Source of the DNA: Saccostrea echinata
Lineage: Eukaryota
Length of the DNA stretch: 64,000 nucleotides
Direction: 5' to 3'
NCBI RefSeq assembly: GCF_033153115.1
Contig: NW_026889752.1
Location: forward strand, 12,276,001 to 12,340,000
Made by a program: the position numbers and the translations under genes. The notes beneath the pieces were generated by a model. The model had not been told where the DNA came from. It was given only the letters and a program-made list of their open reading frames with translations, and made no database searches. This document shows, in pieces, positions 60,707 through 64,000 of the stretch; the first letter of the stretch is position 1; each line of letters starts with the position of its first letter.

Positions 60707-63700
60707 ATGAAGGCTCTGTATAGAAGGTAAGAGAATATTGTGTATACTGATAATATTTTTCAAATCAGCATTATATATATTTGTACACAATTATCAAAAA
60801 ATATTTTCGTTGGTGTATTTTCTGTTTCTAGTACATGTATATTGTAAAAAGTGAAATTAAGATTTAAATCAACGCATATTTTTTAAAAGATCTTTCATCA
60901 ACTGAACTTTAGTAATTTACAAATTTATAAATGCTTGATTACAACAATTCGAATTAAAAGATTACGCAGGTATCATGTTAAGGCAGTACCCAGATCATAT
61001 TTCGGCGAATTTAGACTTTTTTTCGTAAAATGTAACATTGATAAATCGGAAAAGTCATAGATAAAACATTCACTATTATTATCCCTTGTATAGACGTCAT
61101 TGAGTCTTAGGCTAAAAGAAGCACTCCACTACGACGTCATCACGTGACGTCTATAAATAGAAAAATTGCCTTAATGAAAAAGTGAAAAGTTCAACACTAC
61201 CCCGGAGCTAATTCATTTGTTTTATTGAAAATAATTATATAAAAACATCACTGTGCCATGAAAAGTGCTGCTAGAATCCTACTTTCCAGACACAGAAAAA
61301 AATATTCCAAAGGTTCACATGAAACCTTACCAAAATTTTTACATTTTATACATACGATCAAGGAATTGTTATCAATTCATGTTAACCACACGATTCTAGC
61401 AGCACTTTCCAAGTACTAAAGAATACAAGCTTTGGATACAAACAAAAAATTTGTTTCAAAGTATGCGGCGTAGTGTTGAACTTTTGCATCTTTGTTGTTA
61501 TAGAATGACAGAGGAAAGGCTGATCGGGATTTCAAAGCACAGCCTGTGTTCATTATAAGAAAACATGATAAGAATATATCAGCGTACCTGATTCTTAATC
61601 TTTAATTCCTTATGAATCACACATAACATTCACGGTATATACTTTAAAAACTCCCATTTCTTCTATTTGTTTACATGAATTCTCGTCACGTTTAACTTCA
61701 CTCGGCAAATATTTGATCAATAGTTATGACGTCATGGGTTTGGTATTTCACCCCCGTGCTAAATACTTAGCTATTTATACCACCCCAAAACGACAAGATT
61801 TAGTATATATTTTGTTTTGAATGATTCCATTCATTTCTTTGACCTGAAATTAAACTTTAAATATAGATATTAAGAAATCATTATTTTTAAAGTTCACGTC
61901 ATACAGCTTACTATGACGCCATATTGTTAAGGCATGTAGGATATCTCTGGGTGTAGCCTTAACATACCCGCGTATGACAATTATACATCACCTTACCTTA
62001 ATTTCTAGATATAAAAAATACTTTCCACCGACAGGTTTCCTGGATATTTACATTTGCGGCAGTATTCCTCGAATGCAGCAGCTGCCTTCCTCCGCGAATC
62101 CCCGGATGTAAAACCTTTTAAAGAAATTCCAGGAGCCACTGGGAAATTTGCAATACCATATTACATCGGTAACACGTTCCTCTTAAAATCTCTTGGTATG
62201 TAAAGCTGTTCTTCTTCATCCTCTTCTTATAATCAGTTATGATTAAGAAATGATAGATTAAAAACAAATAATAGACCATATACAACAATTGAGACAATGA
62301 CATTTTATTTTTTGCAAGGTGAAGACACAAATTGCAAGAAAAAAAAAATCTTCTTTTATTGACTGTTTGACTGTGAATCGCTTGTATACCAGGTTGCTTA
62401 GAATATCCGGTCGATTTGAAGAAGTTTATGACTGCAATCCATAAAAGATACGGTGATATTGCGAGAATAAGGACTACTACAAATAAATGGGGAGTGTTCC
62501 TTTTTCATCCAGATCTCGCTAAAGAGGTCCTAGAAATACAGATAAAGAATCCTTTCCGTCCGCCCATTGATGTCCTTAGGATTTATAATGAGAAAGAAAA
62601 TCTCAGCCAAAGTTTGGCAACGTTGTAAGTATGTTAATATTTCAGTCTATATTTCACGATTCTCGTTTCATCGGATAAGCGGCTTCAACCCTAGAAGTGA
62701 TGAAGATGAATTTATGGATGTAAACAAATTGCATGTATTTAAGTATTTAACATTAATTACTTCAGTGAACAAAAAATAGATTCATCCCCTGTATATTCTT
62801 CTAAGGTTGAGTTTCTAAGATCATTTCTGTCAAAAAAGGGAAAAAAGTACTTTAATATGGAAACCATTTAATTAAGTGTAAATTATAGCGAATGTTTAAA
62901 TTTGACAATGTTTTTCAAATAACCATACTTGTAAAATAAGTACTATACCTTTATAATGATATATACAATTTAATTCTCATTCATTATTTTCTCTGTTTGA
63001 TTTTCTATACATCAGAAAGTGTAGCTACTGTAATTAGTCGATTTGATCTCTCAATTATAAAGTCAGAGTTGGACAATGAAAATGAAATTTTTAAAATACA
63101 GTTATATGTATTGTTAACTATGTATAGCTATATGTATCAAGTTGAAGAAAAATTACATTAAGGAATTATTTTCAGTGATTTTCATGATGAAAACGACCCG
63201 GGATCAGGATATATTTCTTGAATAAGCGGTGTTATACCTAATGCAACTTAATCTGTGCTCTCAGGTCGATGATGTACAGTAAAAACGTCCCTCATGGAAA
63301 AGTAACTCCCCTCCCCCTCGAAGATTCACTAGATTTACTACTAGTATATAGTATTTCTTCCGTGTAGTAAACCTTTTCACAAAAGGGTGAACTGTTCATA
63401 TTCGGAGTTTTTTTTTGTTCTGTGGCGAATACTCTCTATTATGTAGAAATTAATCTTCATCCCCGTGCTAAATAAGTATTCTGAGATAATTCTCGGAGAT
63501 ATTTTGATGATCAGAAGATAATGCTCTGACGTTTTATAAACTAATCTTTAGACGATTTTTGTAAATATAAAAATCAAACACAATACTTACAAATTCTTGA
63601 CTGTTTTTTTTTCAAGATCACAACTAGTTATTTCTCGACAATTTACGGGAAATTGCAGTTTGAAAAGAAATCTTAAATGCGTTGACTACAAAAAATGTTA

Positions 63701-64000
63701 AAATTTTACAACGATGGCCCACCAGATAGCCCTTTAATCATGATTTTATGGTTTTCGTAAAGAATAACAGGAATATACCAGCATTACAAACTTTTTTGTT
63801 TCAAAATTCTCTACACTCATCTGATTAATCTTGATTGATACTATCAGTCAAATCTAACTCTTTGAATGTACTTACTTCCAAATTATGTATAAGCGTAAGG
63901 ATTAAGGGGCAACCTTTACTACACAATAATAATTATTCTTTGAATTTCTAGTTTTTGTCTATATATTTATCTTAGGAATGGCGAAGAGTGGGCCAAGCTT
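60707..64000 (+). CDS. Cytochrome P450, mitochondrial clan, paralog 3 (5' part; runs off window)
   Basis: Exons 60707-60726, 62035-62195, 62393-62624, 63976->64000 (NGEEWAKL). Same lengths and phases as paralogs 1 and 2. Confidence 0.9.
60982..61958. mobile_element. Non-autonomous TIR DNA transposon with TTAA TSD (Kolobok-like) in CYP paralog 3 intron 1
   Basis: ttaa|GGCAGTACCCAGA ... TCTGGGTGTAGCC|ttaa. Internal inverted pairs AGTTCAACACTAC/GTAGTGTTGAACT and AAAGTGCTGCTAGAATC/GATTCTAGCAGCACTTT. Confidence 0.7.

Overview
AT-rich, intron-rich animal DNA. The repeat content (Meta/Deu-type tRNA-SINEs, Helentron-type satellite elements, Naiad-like Penelope retroelements) and gene content point to a bivalve, probably an oyster (inference). 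The ORF track is mostly uninformative because the genes are spliced, so I rebuilt them by hand from GT-AG junctions. (1) + strand, 3671-7869: two-exon secreted protein with a signal peptide, coiled coil and three tandem C1q domains (~454 aa). (2) - strand, 34450-11493: large type-I membrane protein, signal peptide-vWA-EGF-Ig-Ig-28 calcium-binding EGF-TM-short tail (~1597 aa, 35 visible coding exons). Its EGF stalk is built from tandemly amplified A-B-C exon triplets, with near-identical exons and diverged introns. (3) + strand, 37692-64000: tandem cluster of three mitochondrial-clan cytochrome P450 genes, two complete and one cut by the window end. Introns and intergenic DNA hold at least five decayed Penelope-like RT copies, four SINEs, a solo LTR, Helitron/Helentron-type non-autonomous elements, several TIR/hairpin MITEs, micro/minisatellites and two assembly gaps. 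The best candidate for something undescribed is the modular EGF-array receptor: symmetric cassette exons, higher-order repeat structure, apparent exon homogenisation, a periodic Notch-type glycosylation pattern and a broken acceptor with an in-frame rescue site. A composite NF-kB/STAT site in the C1q gene and a Thr-to-Ser change at the P450 catalytic position also merit checking. No CRISPR arrays, rRNA genes or true tRNA genes were seen.
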